64,000 bases of DNA from the human T2T-CHM13v2.0 reference genome, Homo sapiens. The stretch lies in assembly GCF_009914755.1 (NCBI RefSeq), contig NC_060927.1. One strand, written 5' to 3'. Made by a program: the position numbers and the translations under genes. The notes beneath the pieces are model-generated. The model had not been told where the DNA came from. It ran no database searches and saw only the letters and a list, made by a program, of their open reading frames with translations. Below, piece after piece: positions 30,421 through 41,826 of this stretch. Numbering within the stretch: position 1 is the stretch's first letter; each line of letters begins with the position of its first letter.

Positions 30421-30709
30421 ATGATTGTGGACAAGCTGCTGGACGACAGCCGCGGCGGAGAGGGGCTGCGGGACGCGGCGGGCGGCTGCGGCCTCATGAC
30501 CAGCCCGCTCAACCTGAGCTACTTCTACGGCGCGTCGCCGCCCGCCGCCGCCCCGGGCGCCTGCGACGCCAGCTGCTCGGTCTTGGGCCCCTCGGCGCCC
30601 GGCTCGCCCGGCTCCGACTCCTCCGACTTCTCCTCTGCCTCGTCGGTGTCCTCCTGCGGCGCCGTGGAGTCCCGGTCGAGAGGCGGCGCCCGCGCCGAGC
30701 GCCAGCCAG
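30421..30709 (+). CDS. NFKBIZ: NFKBIZ coding exon 1 (start of long 718-aa isoform)
   Basis: MIVDKLLDDSRGGEGLRDAAGGCGLMTSPLNLSYFYG...RAERQP; donor CCAG|gtaccc; 289 nt. Confidence 0.96.
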
Positions 30710-32876
30710 GTACCCGCCGGCCCCGCACCGCTGCGTACTCGGGGCGCGCACGCCTAGGAGGTTGGGAGCGGGACTCCCCAGATGGAGGGTGGCCCCTGCG
30801 CCCTCCTTAGAGCTAGGACGTACGCACCTTAGCCATCAATTACCACTCCCCGCCTTGCCCGGGCCGGGCGCCTGCCTGACCTACACGCCCTTCGCCGGCC
30901 CGCGGAACCGGCTCCCTCCCGCGGGCCTCGGGGGGGCTTCAGAAACCGCTCGGCCGAGCTCTGACTGCCGGGCGAGTGACCAGGAGATCGCTCGCTCTCT
31001 AAGAAGCAGCTTTGTTGAGTCATAATTAATAAACTATGATGAGATTTGGGGTCTGATGTAGGTGTAATTTTCTTCTTGTGAATATTTTAGTGGAAAGCTG
31101 TAGCAGAGGATAAGGGTTTGGGAATAGCGTTAAAGGTCATGACTTATTTCTCAGTTTTTATGGAATTTTTCAGTAAAAAGACTTGACCGTCAAAGAAAAG
31201 GAAACTGCTGTTATCAAGGTGAAGCCGGGCTGAAAACCAACTCAAGTTATGCCTTTAGTTTGGCGAGTTTCGGAAGTCTGCCCGGAATTTTTGCGGTCTT
31301 GTTTTTGTTGTGTGTGCCTTAAAAAAAATGGATAAGCCATATCTAGCAGAGAAAGACGTAATGTTATCTTTCATGGGCTGCGAATTGGTTTCCTTTCTTA
31401 GTGAACCGAGTTGCATAATTTGGGGGAAAACAGGATGCCCCTGTGGGTAGGCTAGAAAAACGCCTCGATAATTGAACGTTGAGAGTAATTAGCATGATTT
31501 TAAAGAACGTCTCTTTCCGGTGTTTCCCACTCTTAGCCACTCCTGTTTTGGTTGTCATTTATTTTAAAAAGTGATATCTCATTTTCATTTTAAGTCATTT
31601 AAAATCATGCGAAAAGCGATTTAAACCACTGCGTAGCAGATCCAGAAAGAATATGTGTTTAGGACCTTTTCTTCCCCACTTGGCCTTCATCTGGCTGAAA
31701 CTGTTCTGCTGGTCCCTTGGTTTACCACACAGCCACAGGGGATTTCTGAAACTGCATTTTTTTCTTTCTGTGACGTTGGATTATGAACTGCTGTCATTCC
31801 AGAAAAATGCTGTGTTAGATTCTGGCAATTCTGGTATCTCTTGAAATCCCTAAACTTAAAAATAAAGCCAACTAATGTTTCACTTACCCTATCATTGAAC
31901 TGTTTATCTCATGTATTTATGATAGATACAGATGTTCAAATTATGCGTTGTTTCTTGCCCCATCTTATTTTTGTACACTTGATGGAGCGGCTGAATTATT
32001 CATTTCCTGACTTTGTGAATTTGTGTTCAACACACATACTAAGAGGTTGTGACATAATAGTGATCAGAAGTGGAGTACTGTACTTGTATACCAAATGCTA
32101 AAGTGTATTTCAAAGTTTAAAAGTGAAACAAGCATATTTCCTTTTTACTTAGAAGACCTGTGTAAGTAATTCCAAAAACAGTCAATGAGGGGAAATCCTG
32201 TGTGCATATGTAGAAATGTGTTTAAGCTCAGTGAATTTAAGCAGCTTTTTTGGCACAGTTGAATTGAAGGAAATAATAAGACATAAATCTAAGACGTTGT
32301 TAATTGTCAGGTTTTCGTACATTGAGATCTTTGAAAGAAGTTGTTTTGTGCCTTCTTAGGTAAGCGGAATTGATAGACTTTAAAATTTCTATGTGAACAT
32401 AAAACCATTGGTTTAAAAAGCTAAAAGTGCATCATTTATCACTTGCTCCCCAAAGTTTTTCCAAAGTCAAGAATAATTATAGAACTATGAGAGTCAGGAT
32501 GGCAAAATCTGTCATCCATTCTCATGGGTGGTTAGGGCTGAGAAAAAAATGTGATCCACTCTCATGGGTGGTTAGAGCTGAGAGATAGAGAGGCTTAATT
32601 TGGGTTTACCTATTGGCTCTGAGGATCCTTGACCAAATTTTTATGAACTTTAATTTCTTAGGGTACCCAGTGGAGAAAGGTATCAGGCAACTTAGGACCT
32701 TTGAGCAGAGCTCGGGACTCACAAGGCCATTGATTGACCAGAGCAAGTTGGAAAGGTTTTGCAATGTGCTGCTTGGGGACTTTATACATTAGGCAACAGC
32801 TATACTTTTGGGATTATTAACGTTTATGTCTGTGAAGATATTTAACCAGGAATATGTTTTGTTTTCTTTTGAACAG

Positions 32877-33016
32877 TTGAGCCCCATATGGGGGTTGGCA
32901 GGCAGCAGAGAGGCCCCTTTCAAGGTGTTCGGGTAAAGAACTCAGTGAAGGAACTCCTGTTGCACATCCGAAGTCATAAACAGAAGGCTTCTGGCCAAGC
33001 TGTGGATGATTTTAAG
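32877..33016 (+). CDS. NFKBIZ: NFKBIZ coding exon 2 (contains Met101 at 32888, start of short isoform; OCA-like motif)
   Basis: aacag|TTGAG; (V)EPHMGVGRQQRGPFQGVRVKNSVKELLLHIRSHKQKASGQAVDDFK; AAG|gtgaca; 140 nt keeps frame. Confidence 0.95.
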
Positions 33017-33529
33017 GTGACATCTATTTTTCTGTTTTGAGTATAGAGTTGGGGAGAGGGGTTAGTCTGTCAGGGTTATTATGATGACCTAGGTCCAGTC
33101 ATCAAGTAAGTCACTTGAAATTTTTCATAAGATGACAAAGTCCATAGGACAGAGACCATATTTGTCTGGTCTGTTGTATCCTCCTTAGCCCAGTGCCAGA
33201 CACCTGGTAGGTGGGCAAGAGAAACTCAATGAATAAATAAATGAAGGCAAGTTCAGAGGCTCAACTGAAATGGAACATTTTAACTAGAAAGGGAAAAATC
33301 AAATGGTCTTATTAATTTCATCTTGACCTGCGTTGAGCTAAGGTGAAAGTGAAAATGAGGAAGTCGCAAGATAGAATAAAAATTGATATAGAAAATCAAT
33401 ATTGATAGAAAAACCATATCAGAGATTTATGGTAAGCTATAAAGGGTGGTAGAGATAAGCCTACTTACTGATGTATATTAAGAGGAAGTCATTTTGTGTA
33501 CACTAAATTGGAAACTTTTTTCTTTATAG

Positions 33530-33560
33530 ACACAAGGTGTGAACATAGAACAGTTCAGAG
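33530..33560 (+). CDS. NFKBIZ: NFKBIZ coding exon 3
   Basis: tttatag|ACA; TQGVNIEQFR; AG|gtaaga; 31 nt. Confidence 0.92.
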
Positions 33561-33677
33561 GTAAGAGTTACTTGTATTTGTAATTTTTTCAGGGCTTTGG
33601 AGTAAATAATAGAGTGTAATTATGGGTAACATTTATAAAATAAAATGATGACAGAGGCTGTATTCCTTTGGGTACAG

Positions 33678-33781
33678 AATTGAAGAACACAGTATCATAC
33701 AGTGGGAAAAGGAAAGGGCCCGATTCGTTGTCTGATGGACCTGCTTGCAAAAGGCCAGCTCTGTTGCATTCCCAATTTTTG
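33678..33781 (+). CDS. NFKBIZ: NFKBIZ coding exon 4 (bipartite NLS KRK...KR)
   Basis: tacag|AA; (E)LKNTVSYSGKRKGPDSLSDGPACKRPALLHSQFL; TG|gtaagt; 104 nt. Confidence 0.95.
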
Positions 33782-33882
33782 GTAAGTATCTCACCATTTT
33801 CCTCTGACTATCCTTTGGAAATTATTCCTGGGATAATTTTAGAAGGAAGTGAGTGTGCAAGTTGCATTTTCCTTCTTTCCAG

Positions 33883-34655
33883 ACACCACCTCAAACACCA
33901 ACGCCCGGGGAGAGCATGGAAGATGTTCATCTCAATGAACCCAAACAGGAGAGCAGTGCTGATCTGCTTCAGAACATTATCAACATTAAGAATGAATGCA
34001 GCCCCGTTTCCCTGAACACAGTTCAAGTTAGCTGGCTGAACCCCGTGGTGGTCCCTCAGAGCTCCCCCGCAGAGCAGTGTCAGGACTTCCATGGAGGGCA
34101 GGTCTTTTCTCCACCTCAGAAATGCCAACCATTCCAAGTCAGGGGCTCCCAACAAATGATAGACCAGGCTTCCCTGTACCAGTATTCTCCACAGAACCAG
34201 CATGTAGAGCAGCAGCCACACTACACCCACAAACCAACTCTGGAATACAGTCCTTTTCCCATACCTCCCCAGTCCCCCGCTTATGAACCAAACCTCTTTG
34301 ATGGTCCAGAATCACAGTTTTGCCCAAACCAAAGCTTAGTTTCCCTTCTTGGTGATCAAAGGGAATCTGAGAATATTGCTAATCCCATGCAGACTTCCTC
34401 CAGTGTTCAGCAGCAAAATGATGCTCACTTGCACAGCTTCAGCATGATGCCCAGCAGCGCCTGTGAGGCCATGGTGGGGCACGAGATGGCCTCTGACTCT
34501 TCAAACACTTCACTGCCATTCTCAAACATGGGAAATCCAATGAACACCACACAGTTAGGGAAATCACTTTTTCAGTGGCAGGTGGAGCAGGAAGAAAGCA
34601 AATTGGCAAATATTTCCCAAGACCAGTTTCTTTCAAAGGATGCAGATGGTGACAC
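33883..34655 (+). CDS. NFKBIZ: NFKBIZ coding exon 5 (Q/P/S-rich transactivation region)
   Basis: ctttccag|ACA; TPPQTPTPGESMED...FLSKDADGD; AC|gtgagt; 773 nt. Confidence 0.96.
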
Positions 34656-35369
34656 GTGAGTATTCTTTTATCTCATGTTCTTAATTAGGTAAGCCACACT
34701 TGTTGGACTAGTGAGCATATAATTTTTCTAGGGTATAACAAGGTATACCTTAGTTAGTGGTTGGCTAACGAAGATGACTGGTGTAGATAGAAACCGCCAC
34801 TCAGTGATAGCTAGTATGTCAAGAAAGGGTTTTCCTTCAAAAAATTTTTTGGCTGAACAGATAATCTGTTCTAAATTGATAAAAATATCTGTATCTTCTT
34901 GATTAATTGAGTTTGGAAGACCAGCGTAGACTATGTCTATAGAACAGAAACAGTTAGATCATGATTAGGGATAAACTGTGAGTTGGTTTGTAGATTGATG
35001 TTAATCTGTCCTGATGTCTTTGTGGCCTTGGGCAAGTTATTTAACCTCCTTAGGTCTCAGTTCCTTGACGTGTAAAATGATAATACCTCTTGTATAGGGG
35101 TTTTATGAGTATTAAAAATAATAGATTTAAGTTGATCAGTATGGTGCTTGACATTCTTCTTTTTCTTATTTCTGATAGCCTAACCCATCCTGTTCCAACT
35201 GGGGTGTATTATCAATGTAGCAGAAAAGACAAATTATGCTTTGTAATGTTTCATTTGAGTGTACCAATATATAAAAAGGGGGCTAAAGGAAGATTTTTTT
35301 TTTTTTTTCAAAAGAACAACTTAGTGAAATCAGAAGTGATTCACCCGCTTTCCTTTCCATGTTCCCCAG

Positions 35370-35475
35370 GTTCCTTCATATTGCTGTTGCCCAAGGGAGA
35401 AGGGCACTTTCCTATGTTCTTGCAAGAAAGATGAATGCACTTCACATGCTGGATATTAAAGAGCACAATGGACAG
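35370..35475 (+). CDS. NFKBIZ: NFKBIZ coding exon 6 (ankyrin repeat)
   Basis: ccccag|G; (T)FLHIAVAQGRRALSYVLARKMNALHMLDIKEHNGQ; CAG|gtgagg. Confidence 0.95.
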
Positions 35476-35853
35476 GTGAGGACCTTGACAGAGTCTGAAA
35501 TGGCAAAGAGGGGGTCATGGTGAAGTGAATGATGACCAGCCTTATGTGTAGATCATCTTAGAGCTCAAGATCAAGAGAGTTTAGTTAATATTAACTTTGA
35601 GATGTTGACTTTTTGCTACCATCAACCTTGAAGTTATTAATGTTAACTTTGTAGCTGTTTGACCAAACACTGAGAGTAATAAAGCCACACCCTAGGCTTA
35701 CTTTAGTTTCCTTGTCTTACAGTATCTGATTGCTTATTCAAAGGATTTATTTTCTCTCTGTGGGTTTTTCCCTCAGTCATAGTTTAGTTTCATATTCCTT
35801 GTTATGATAACATTGTATGTTTAAAATATCTTTTTTCCTCTGGATATCCACAG

Positions 35854-36000
35854 AGTGCCTTTCAGGTGGCAGTGGCTGCCAATCAGCATCTCATTGTGCA
35901 GGATCTGGTGAACATCGGGGCACAGGTGAACACCACAGACTGCTGGGGAAGAACACCTCTGCATGTGTGTGCTGAGAAGGGCCACTCCCAGGTGCTTCAG
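35854..36000 (+). CDS. NFKBIZ: NFKBIZ coding exon 7 (ankyrin repeats)
   Basis: ccacag|AGT; SAFQVAVAANQHLIVQDLVNIGAQVNTTDCWGRTPLHVCAEKGHSQVLQ; CAG|gtaaga. Confidence 0.96.
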
Positions 36001-36186
36001 GTAAGAGGCAGCAAACCAGGCTTCCATCATTGCAAGGCCAGAGAGATAGAGTTGGATATTAGAAGTCGGATATAGGTTGCCTGTTGCAATGATCTATTTT
36101 GAGTTAACTTATTCATTTCTTGGGGATTCTAATAGGTATATGCGCAGCTTATGTAGCTAACAGATGTCTGTTTTTAAAATCTGCAG

Positions 36187-36250
36187 GCGATTCAGAAGGG
36201 AGCAGTGGGAAGTAATCAGTTTGTGGATCTTGAGGCAACTAACTATGATG
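36187..36250 (+). CDS. NFKBIZ: NFKBIZ coding exon 8
   Basis: ctgcag|GCG; AIQKGAVGSNQFVDLEATNYD; G|gtaagc. Confidence 0.94.
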
Positions 36251-36524
36251 GTAAGCAACTGAAACTTTATTAGATTCAGAGCCACTTAGGGGGAACCATA
36301 AGGTCTAAGGGTGCTAAGTATACTAAGAAGGAAGGTAATTAAAGCTAAAATATTCTGTAGGTAAAATTAGACCCAAAAAGAGACAATATTCAGATTGCCT
36401 TACTAGTTCTTGTGGAGCCCATTTATAGGTTAAGTTAGAGGCCATCCTCAACATTTGTCATTATAGAAGGACCAAAAGACCTGATGGGATGCTTGACCAC
36501 TGCTTGATTATACTTTTCTTCTAG

Positions 36525-36694
36525 GCCTGACTCCCCTTCACTGTGCAGTCATAGCCCACAATGCTGTGGTCCATGAACTCCAGAGAAATCAACAGCCTCA
36601 TTCACCTGAAGTTCAGGAGCTTTTACTGAAGAATAAGAGTCTGGTTGATACCATTAAGTGCCTAATTCAAATGGGAGCAGCGGTGGAAGCGAAG
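36525..36694 (+). CDS. NFKBIZ: NFKBIZ coding exon 9 (ankyrin repeat with insert)
   Basis: ttctag|GC; (G)LTPLHCAVIAHNAVVHELQRNQQPHSPEVQELLLKNKSLVDTIKCLIQMGAAVEAK; AAG|gtaaat. Confidence 0.95.
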
Positions 36695-36813
36695 GTAAAT
36701 TCACAGAAAAGGTTTAAGATGGGGTAGGGGAGAAACTGGTTATATAGCAAAAGACCTTGCTTCCAAGTACAGATTCAAACTTCTTTCTTTTTTTTCTGAA
36801 ATTAATGGTGTGA

Positions 36814-37141
<328 letters not shown>

Positions 37142-37867
37142 AAGAAGCCCAGATTTTAACAGATCATTTCATGTGTTTTCTTGATTTGCTTTAAATCCAT
37201 GAATTATTATCCAAAAGGTCATTTAGGTATAAAATAAATAGTCTTTGAAAGGTAAAGAAAATGCTTGAAATTGATATTGTCATTTTGGCTTCCATTTTCA
37301 TACACTGAGAATAAAGGTAGTGCTTTTTGTAAGGATTTCTTCATTGTTGTAGGATGTGGAATTCATCTTCTGGTTTTTAAGCTGGAAAATAGTTTATTCT
37401 TTTAAAATTTTGGTTTTATTCACTGAGTATATGGGGGAAAAATGCCTAAGTCATAAACCATTTGGACCCTTGAGGCTTACTGACTAGTAAAATAGGTGAG
37501 AGATATAGCTAAATATAACTCTACAGGGAGGCTACCAAATCTGGAAATGTAGGTGAATACATAATAAATGGTTTACTGATAGGTTATGACATAGGATTTA
37601 AAAATATTTATTTTTCTACATTTTATGGCCACCCTGTATAAAAAGGTACATTGTGACAAGAGGCATATAGACAAATTAATAGGAAATTTAAGAGGAATAA
37701 AAGATTCCATTTAGCTTGGGATTAAGCAAGGCATTTTGGAGAAGGGAGCATTCAAAGTGAGTCTCTGAAGCTGAATCAGACATTCAGGAGACTGGGTGAA
37801 AAGTGTATTCTGAGGCATAGTATCTGGATTTTCTTTTTTTTTTTTCCTCCCTCTTGCCTTTGACAAG

Positions 37868-37978
37868 GATCGCAAAAGTGGCCGCACAGCCCTGCATTTG
37901 GCAGCTGAAGAAGCAAATCTGGAACTCATTCGCCTCTTTTTGGAGCTGCCCAGTTGCCTGTCTTTTGTGAATGCAAAG
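37868..37978 (+). CDS. NFKBIZ: NFKBIZ coding exon 10 (ankyrin repeat)
   Basis: Long pyrimidine tract then gacaag|GAT; DRKSGRTALHLAAEEANLELIRLFLELPSCLSFVNAK; AAG|gtactt. Confidence 0.94.
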
Positions 37979-38109
37979 GTACTTTTAGAAAGCTTTAATA
38001 ACCACACCAGAGTTGGAATGGCCTTCTGTACACCCTCTCAAAGTTTTTGAGCTCCTTTCATGAAATTTCCCCCTTCCTGATGTCTGATAATTCATTTCTT
38101 TGTCTTCAG

Positions 38110-38277
38110 GCTTACAATGGCAACACTGCCCTCCATGTTGCTGCCAGCCTGCAGTATCGGTTGACACAATTAGATGCTGTCCGCCTGTTGATGAGGAAGG
38201 GAGCAGACCCAAGTACTCGGAACTTGGAGAACGAACAGCCAGTGCATTTGGTTCCCGATGGCCCTGTGGGAGAACAG
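38110..38277 (+). CDS. NFKBIZ: NFKBIZ coding exon 11 (ankyrin repeats)
   Basis: cttcag|GCT; AYNGNTALHVAASLQYRLTQLDAVRLLMRKGADPSTRNLENEQPVHLVPDGPVGEQ; CAG|gtgaga. Confidence 0.96.
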
Positions 38278-40136
38278 GTGAGAGGCACAGGAGGGAGAGG
38301 AAGTATTTTTTGGCACTGCAGTCTGAAACAGAAAGGGAGATGAGGCTGTGCAGGGCGAAGGCCAGCTGTTGCTCTTCTGGTGGACTCTATCAGTGTCTGT
38401 GTCTCACGGTAGCTGTCATAGCATTGTGGAGTTACTCTTCGTTTGGAAACAGCAATTAAGAAATTTGAGGGATTATCCATAGACTCAAAATGGTTAGAGG
38501 TCAGGTAGTATTCTGTGACACACACTTAGGGTTAGAGTAAGTCAGAATGGTTTAAGGTTCGGAAAGAGAAGATACCAAGGTTCCTGCAGATACCAAGGAA
38601 AGAGAATCTTAGTCTTGTAATGTATGAGCCTTCAAATATTGTGGATATTAAATGAGTTGTTACATGTGGAGTGCTCACAATAGTCCCGGGTACAGAGTAA
38701 GAGATCAGTGAACATCAATAGTTAGAATTATTTCTATCTATGAAGTGATACTGAACAAAAAATGGAAAAATTACTTATGTAATTTCAAACCTAGAAATAT
38801 TTTGTTTTAAACAGCATATTTAATGCTTTACTCATCAAATATGGTTATATATTATCATTGAGTATTGAATAGTTTCATGAGTAAACTTTTTAGATAACAA
38901 GAACTTATTCTTTCAAGAACTTAAAATGTTTTTGATGGAACTCTTTTCCTGGGAGGAATGAGGGGGATTGTGGCTGTGGGTAGGTCATTACATACTTTAC
39001 TAATCACAAAATAAAATACGTGGAATGCAGTTTAGCTTTTTCTTTGATTCTGAGCTGTCATTATGACCATAATGTTATAGTAGCCCCTATTTATAGAGCT
39101 CTTTGTAATTTAGAAAGAATATTTCTATAGTTTGTAAAAAGTTTTCATGTATATCATTTAATAGTTAGAAGAACTTTACAAGTTTCAAGTTTCAACTGAG
39201 AAAATTGATATTCAGAGAGGTTCCAAGGACCAGAACCATCATTAACTTGTAAAAGGCAGAGTCCTAAGCCCAGTATTTGCTTCTACTTCACTGTTTGTGG
39301 TGTGCAGTCATATAACTATGCTCTCAGGGATCATTGAGATATTAAGCCATTTAACTCTTCATTAAATGTTCCCAGATTATCTCCTTTTTGCTTTGGTATT
39401 TTGTGTGTGTTGGGCAGGTAGAGGCTCTTTTCCCTGGCTTTTATTGTCATACTGTGGTCGTGTGTTTCCTTCTAGCAGCTATCAGTTGTATCCCCTACCC
39501 CAATCGCCTTTCATCTAAATTGTTGCTTCTAATCTGCTGGAGGCTGAGAGATAGAAAATAAAATTTGTCAGACTGGGATGTAAAATGAATCACTCTGAAT
39601 GAGCCGGGATCTTTTCTGTGATCCATGAAGTTACGTGTAGATGCTTTAATACTTGGATATCATGACAGCTGTTTTGACTTGAATGGTATTAAGGATTTAC
39701 TTGTGTGTGTATCATAAAATGTGGGTTTTCTGTTCCTGTTAGTTGAGGCTGACTTCAAGATAAGTGAGATATTATAATATGCCTTAATTACTGTCTTATG
39801 TTAAATGTTCTCACAAATAGCAAGAGTAAAGATTAGGAAAAGAATATAGGTGTTAAGTTTATGGAGATTTTCAACTTCAGATAATTTTTAGTGGAGATGT
39901 TTTACTTTCTTGAACTCAAAGATTATTATAAGAGATCTGAAATAAGCTTTAAAAGGAGTTTAGTATTTTTAAAAGTCACCTCAAAATCTTGAGAAATATT
40001 GTGTGTATTTCTTCGTATACTTACAAGTTAATAGGAGTAGTGTAGATGGTATAAGAAAGGAATGAAACTCAGAAGGAAATACACCACATTGGCCATAAGA
40101 AATAAACCTCACAAATTTTATTTGTTTCTCTTCCAG

Positions 40137-40190
40137 ATCCGACGTATCCTGAAGGGAAAGTCCATTCAGCAGAGAGCTCCACCGTATTAG
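40137..40190 (+). CDS. NFKBIZ: NFKBIZ last coding exon
   Basis: ttccag|ATC; IRRILKGKSIQQRAPPY*; exon lengths sum to 2157 nt = 718 aa plus stop. Confidence 0.96.
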   Translation: MRRILKGKSIQQRAPPY

Positions 40191-40335
40191 CTCCATTAGC
40201 TTGGAGCCTGGCTAGCAACACTCACTGTCAGTTAGGCAGTCCTGATGTATCTGTACATAGACCATTTGCCTTATATTGGCAAATGTAAGTTGTTTCTATG
40301 AAACAAACATATTTAGTTCACTATTATATAGTGGG
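40191..40335 (+). promoter_or_regulatory. NFKBIZ: NFKBIZ proximal 3'UTR five-stem-loop decay/translation-silencing element (Regnase-1/Roquin target)
   Basis: Hairpins CTCCA/TGGAG 40191-40206, ACTGTC/GGCAGT 40224-40240, ATGTA/TACAT 40245-40258, CATTTGCC/GGCAAATG 40263-40285, and Py-Pu-Py triloop hairpins TTGTTTC-TAT-GAAACAA 40290-40306 and CACTAT-TAT-ATAGTG 40319-40333. Confidence 0.85.
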
Positions 40336-40999
40336 TTATATTAAAAGAAAAGAAGAAAAATATCTAATTTCTCTTGGCAGATTTGCATATTTCATACCCA
40401 GGTATCTGGGATCTAGACATCTGAATTTGATCTCAATGGTAACATTGCCTTCAATTAACAGTAGCTTTTGAGTAGGAAAGGACTTTGATTTGTGGCACAA
40501 AACATTATTAATATAGCTATTGACAGTTTCAAAGCAGGTAAATTGTAAATGTTTCTTTAAGAAAAAGCATGTGAAAGGAAAAAGGTAAATACAGCATTGA
40601 GGCTTCATTTGGCCTTAGTCCCTGGGAGTTACTGGCGTTGGACAGGCTTCAGTCATTGGACTAGATGAAAGGTGTCCATGGTTAGAATTTGATCTTTGCA
40701 AACTGTATATAATTGTTATTTTTGTCCTTAAAAATATTGTACATACTTGGTTGTTAACATGGTCATATTTGAAATGTATAAGTCCATAAAATAGAAAAGA
40801 ACAAGTGAATTGTTGCTATTTAAAAAAATTTTACAATTCTTACTAAGGAGTTTTTATTGTGTAATCACTAAGTCTTTGTAGATAAAGCAGATGGGGAGTT
40901 ACGGAGTTGTTCCTTTACTGGCTGAAAGATATATTCGAATTGTAAAGATGCTTTTTCTCATGCATTGAAATTATACATTATTTGTAGGGAATTGCATGC

Positions 41000-41295
41000 T
41001 TTTTTTTTTTTTTCTCCCGAGACAGGGTCTTGCTCTGGCGCCCAGGCTGGAGTACAGTGGCATGATCTTGGCTCACTTCAGCCTTGACTTGGGCTCAAGT
41101 GATCCTCCTACCTGAGCCTTCTGAGTAACTGGGACTACAGGTGTGCACTCCTCGCCTGGCTAATTTTTTATTTTTTGTACAGGCAGGATCTTGCCACCTT
41201 GCCCAGGCTGGTCTTGAACTCCTGAGCTCATGCCATCTGCCTGCCTTAGTCTCCCAAAATGCTGGGATTACAGGAGTGAGCCACCATGCCCGGCT
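41000..41295 (-). mobile_element. Antisense Alu (AluJ-like) inside NFKBIZ 3'UTR
   Basis: Poly-T then Alu consensus, upstream of the poly(A) signals. Confidence 0.9.
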
Positions 41296-41584
41296 GGCAG
41301 TTGCATGGAAGAGAACACCTCTTTATGGCTTACCCTCTAGAATTTCTAATTTATGTGTTCTGTTGAAATTTTTGTTTTTTTACCTTTATTGAAACAACAA
41401 AAAGTCAGTATTGAAACATATCTTCCTGTTTTCTGTTGTCAAATGATGATAATGTGCCATGATGTTTTATATATATCATTCAGAAAAAGTTTTATTTTTT
41501 AATAACATTCTATTAACATTATTTTGCTTGCCGCTGGCATGCCTGAGGAATGTATTTGGCTTTGATTACACACTAAGTTTTTGT

Positions 41585-41826
41585 AATAAATTTGACTCAT
41601 TAAAAACCTTTTTTTTTAAAAAAAAAAAAAAAGAAAATCTCATTAGTGAACTTATCTTTGCAGCTGAGTACTTAAATTCTTTTTAAAAAGATACCCTTTG
41701 GATTGATCACATTGTTTGACCCAGTATGTCTTGTAGACACGTTAGTTATAATCACCTTGTATCTCTAAATATGGTGTGATATGAACCAGTCCATTCACAT
41801 TGGAAAAACTGATGGTTTTAAATAAA
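41585..41826 (+). terminator. NFKBIZ: NFKBIZ polyadenylation signals (AATAAA 41585-41590 and 41821-41826)
   Basis: Two canonical hexamers; the distal one is followed by T-rich sequence. Confidence 0.7.

Larger units (their letters stand above)
29700..31000 (+). promoter_or_regulatory. NFKBIZ: CpG island / proximal NFKBIZ promoter
   Basis: Very GC- and CpG-rich; kB GGGGTTTCCC 30067-30076; GC boxes 30108-30150; C/EBP-like ATTGCCTCAT 30153-30162; STAT/GAS-like TTACTGGAA 30173-30181; CCAAT 30227-30231; TATA-like TTAAATA 30275-30281. Confidence 0.9.

Noticed and set aside
30230-30424. ATG-initiated 64-aa ORF overlapping the NFKBIZ start
   Set aside because: Its ATG lies in the CCAAT box upstream of the TATA-like element and is probably not in the mRNA; only its 3' part matters, via the spliced uORF finding
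29716-31025. Many overlapping Pro/Arg/Gly-rich ORFs on both strands, including an 89-codon in-frame extension upstream of NFKBIZ Met1 (from 30154)
   Set aside because: Expected from stop-codon scarcity in a CpG island; the extension starts at TTG upstream of the likely start site
32189-32198. GGGGAAATCC as an intronic kB site
   Set aside because: Deviates from GGGRNWYYCC and has no other support
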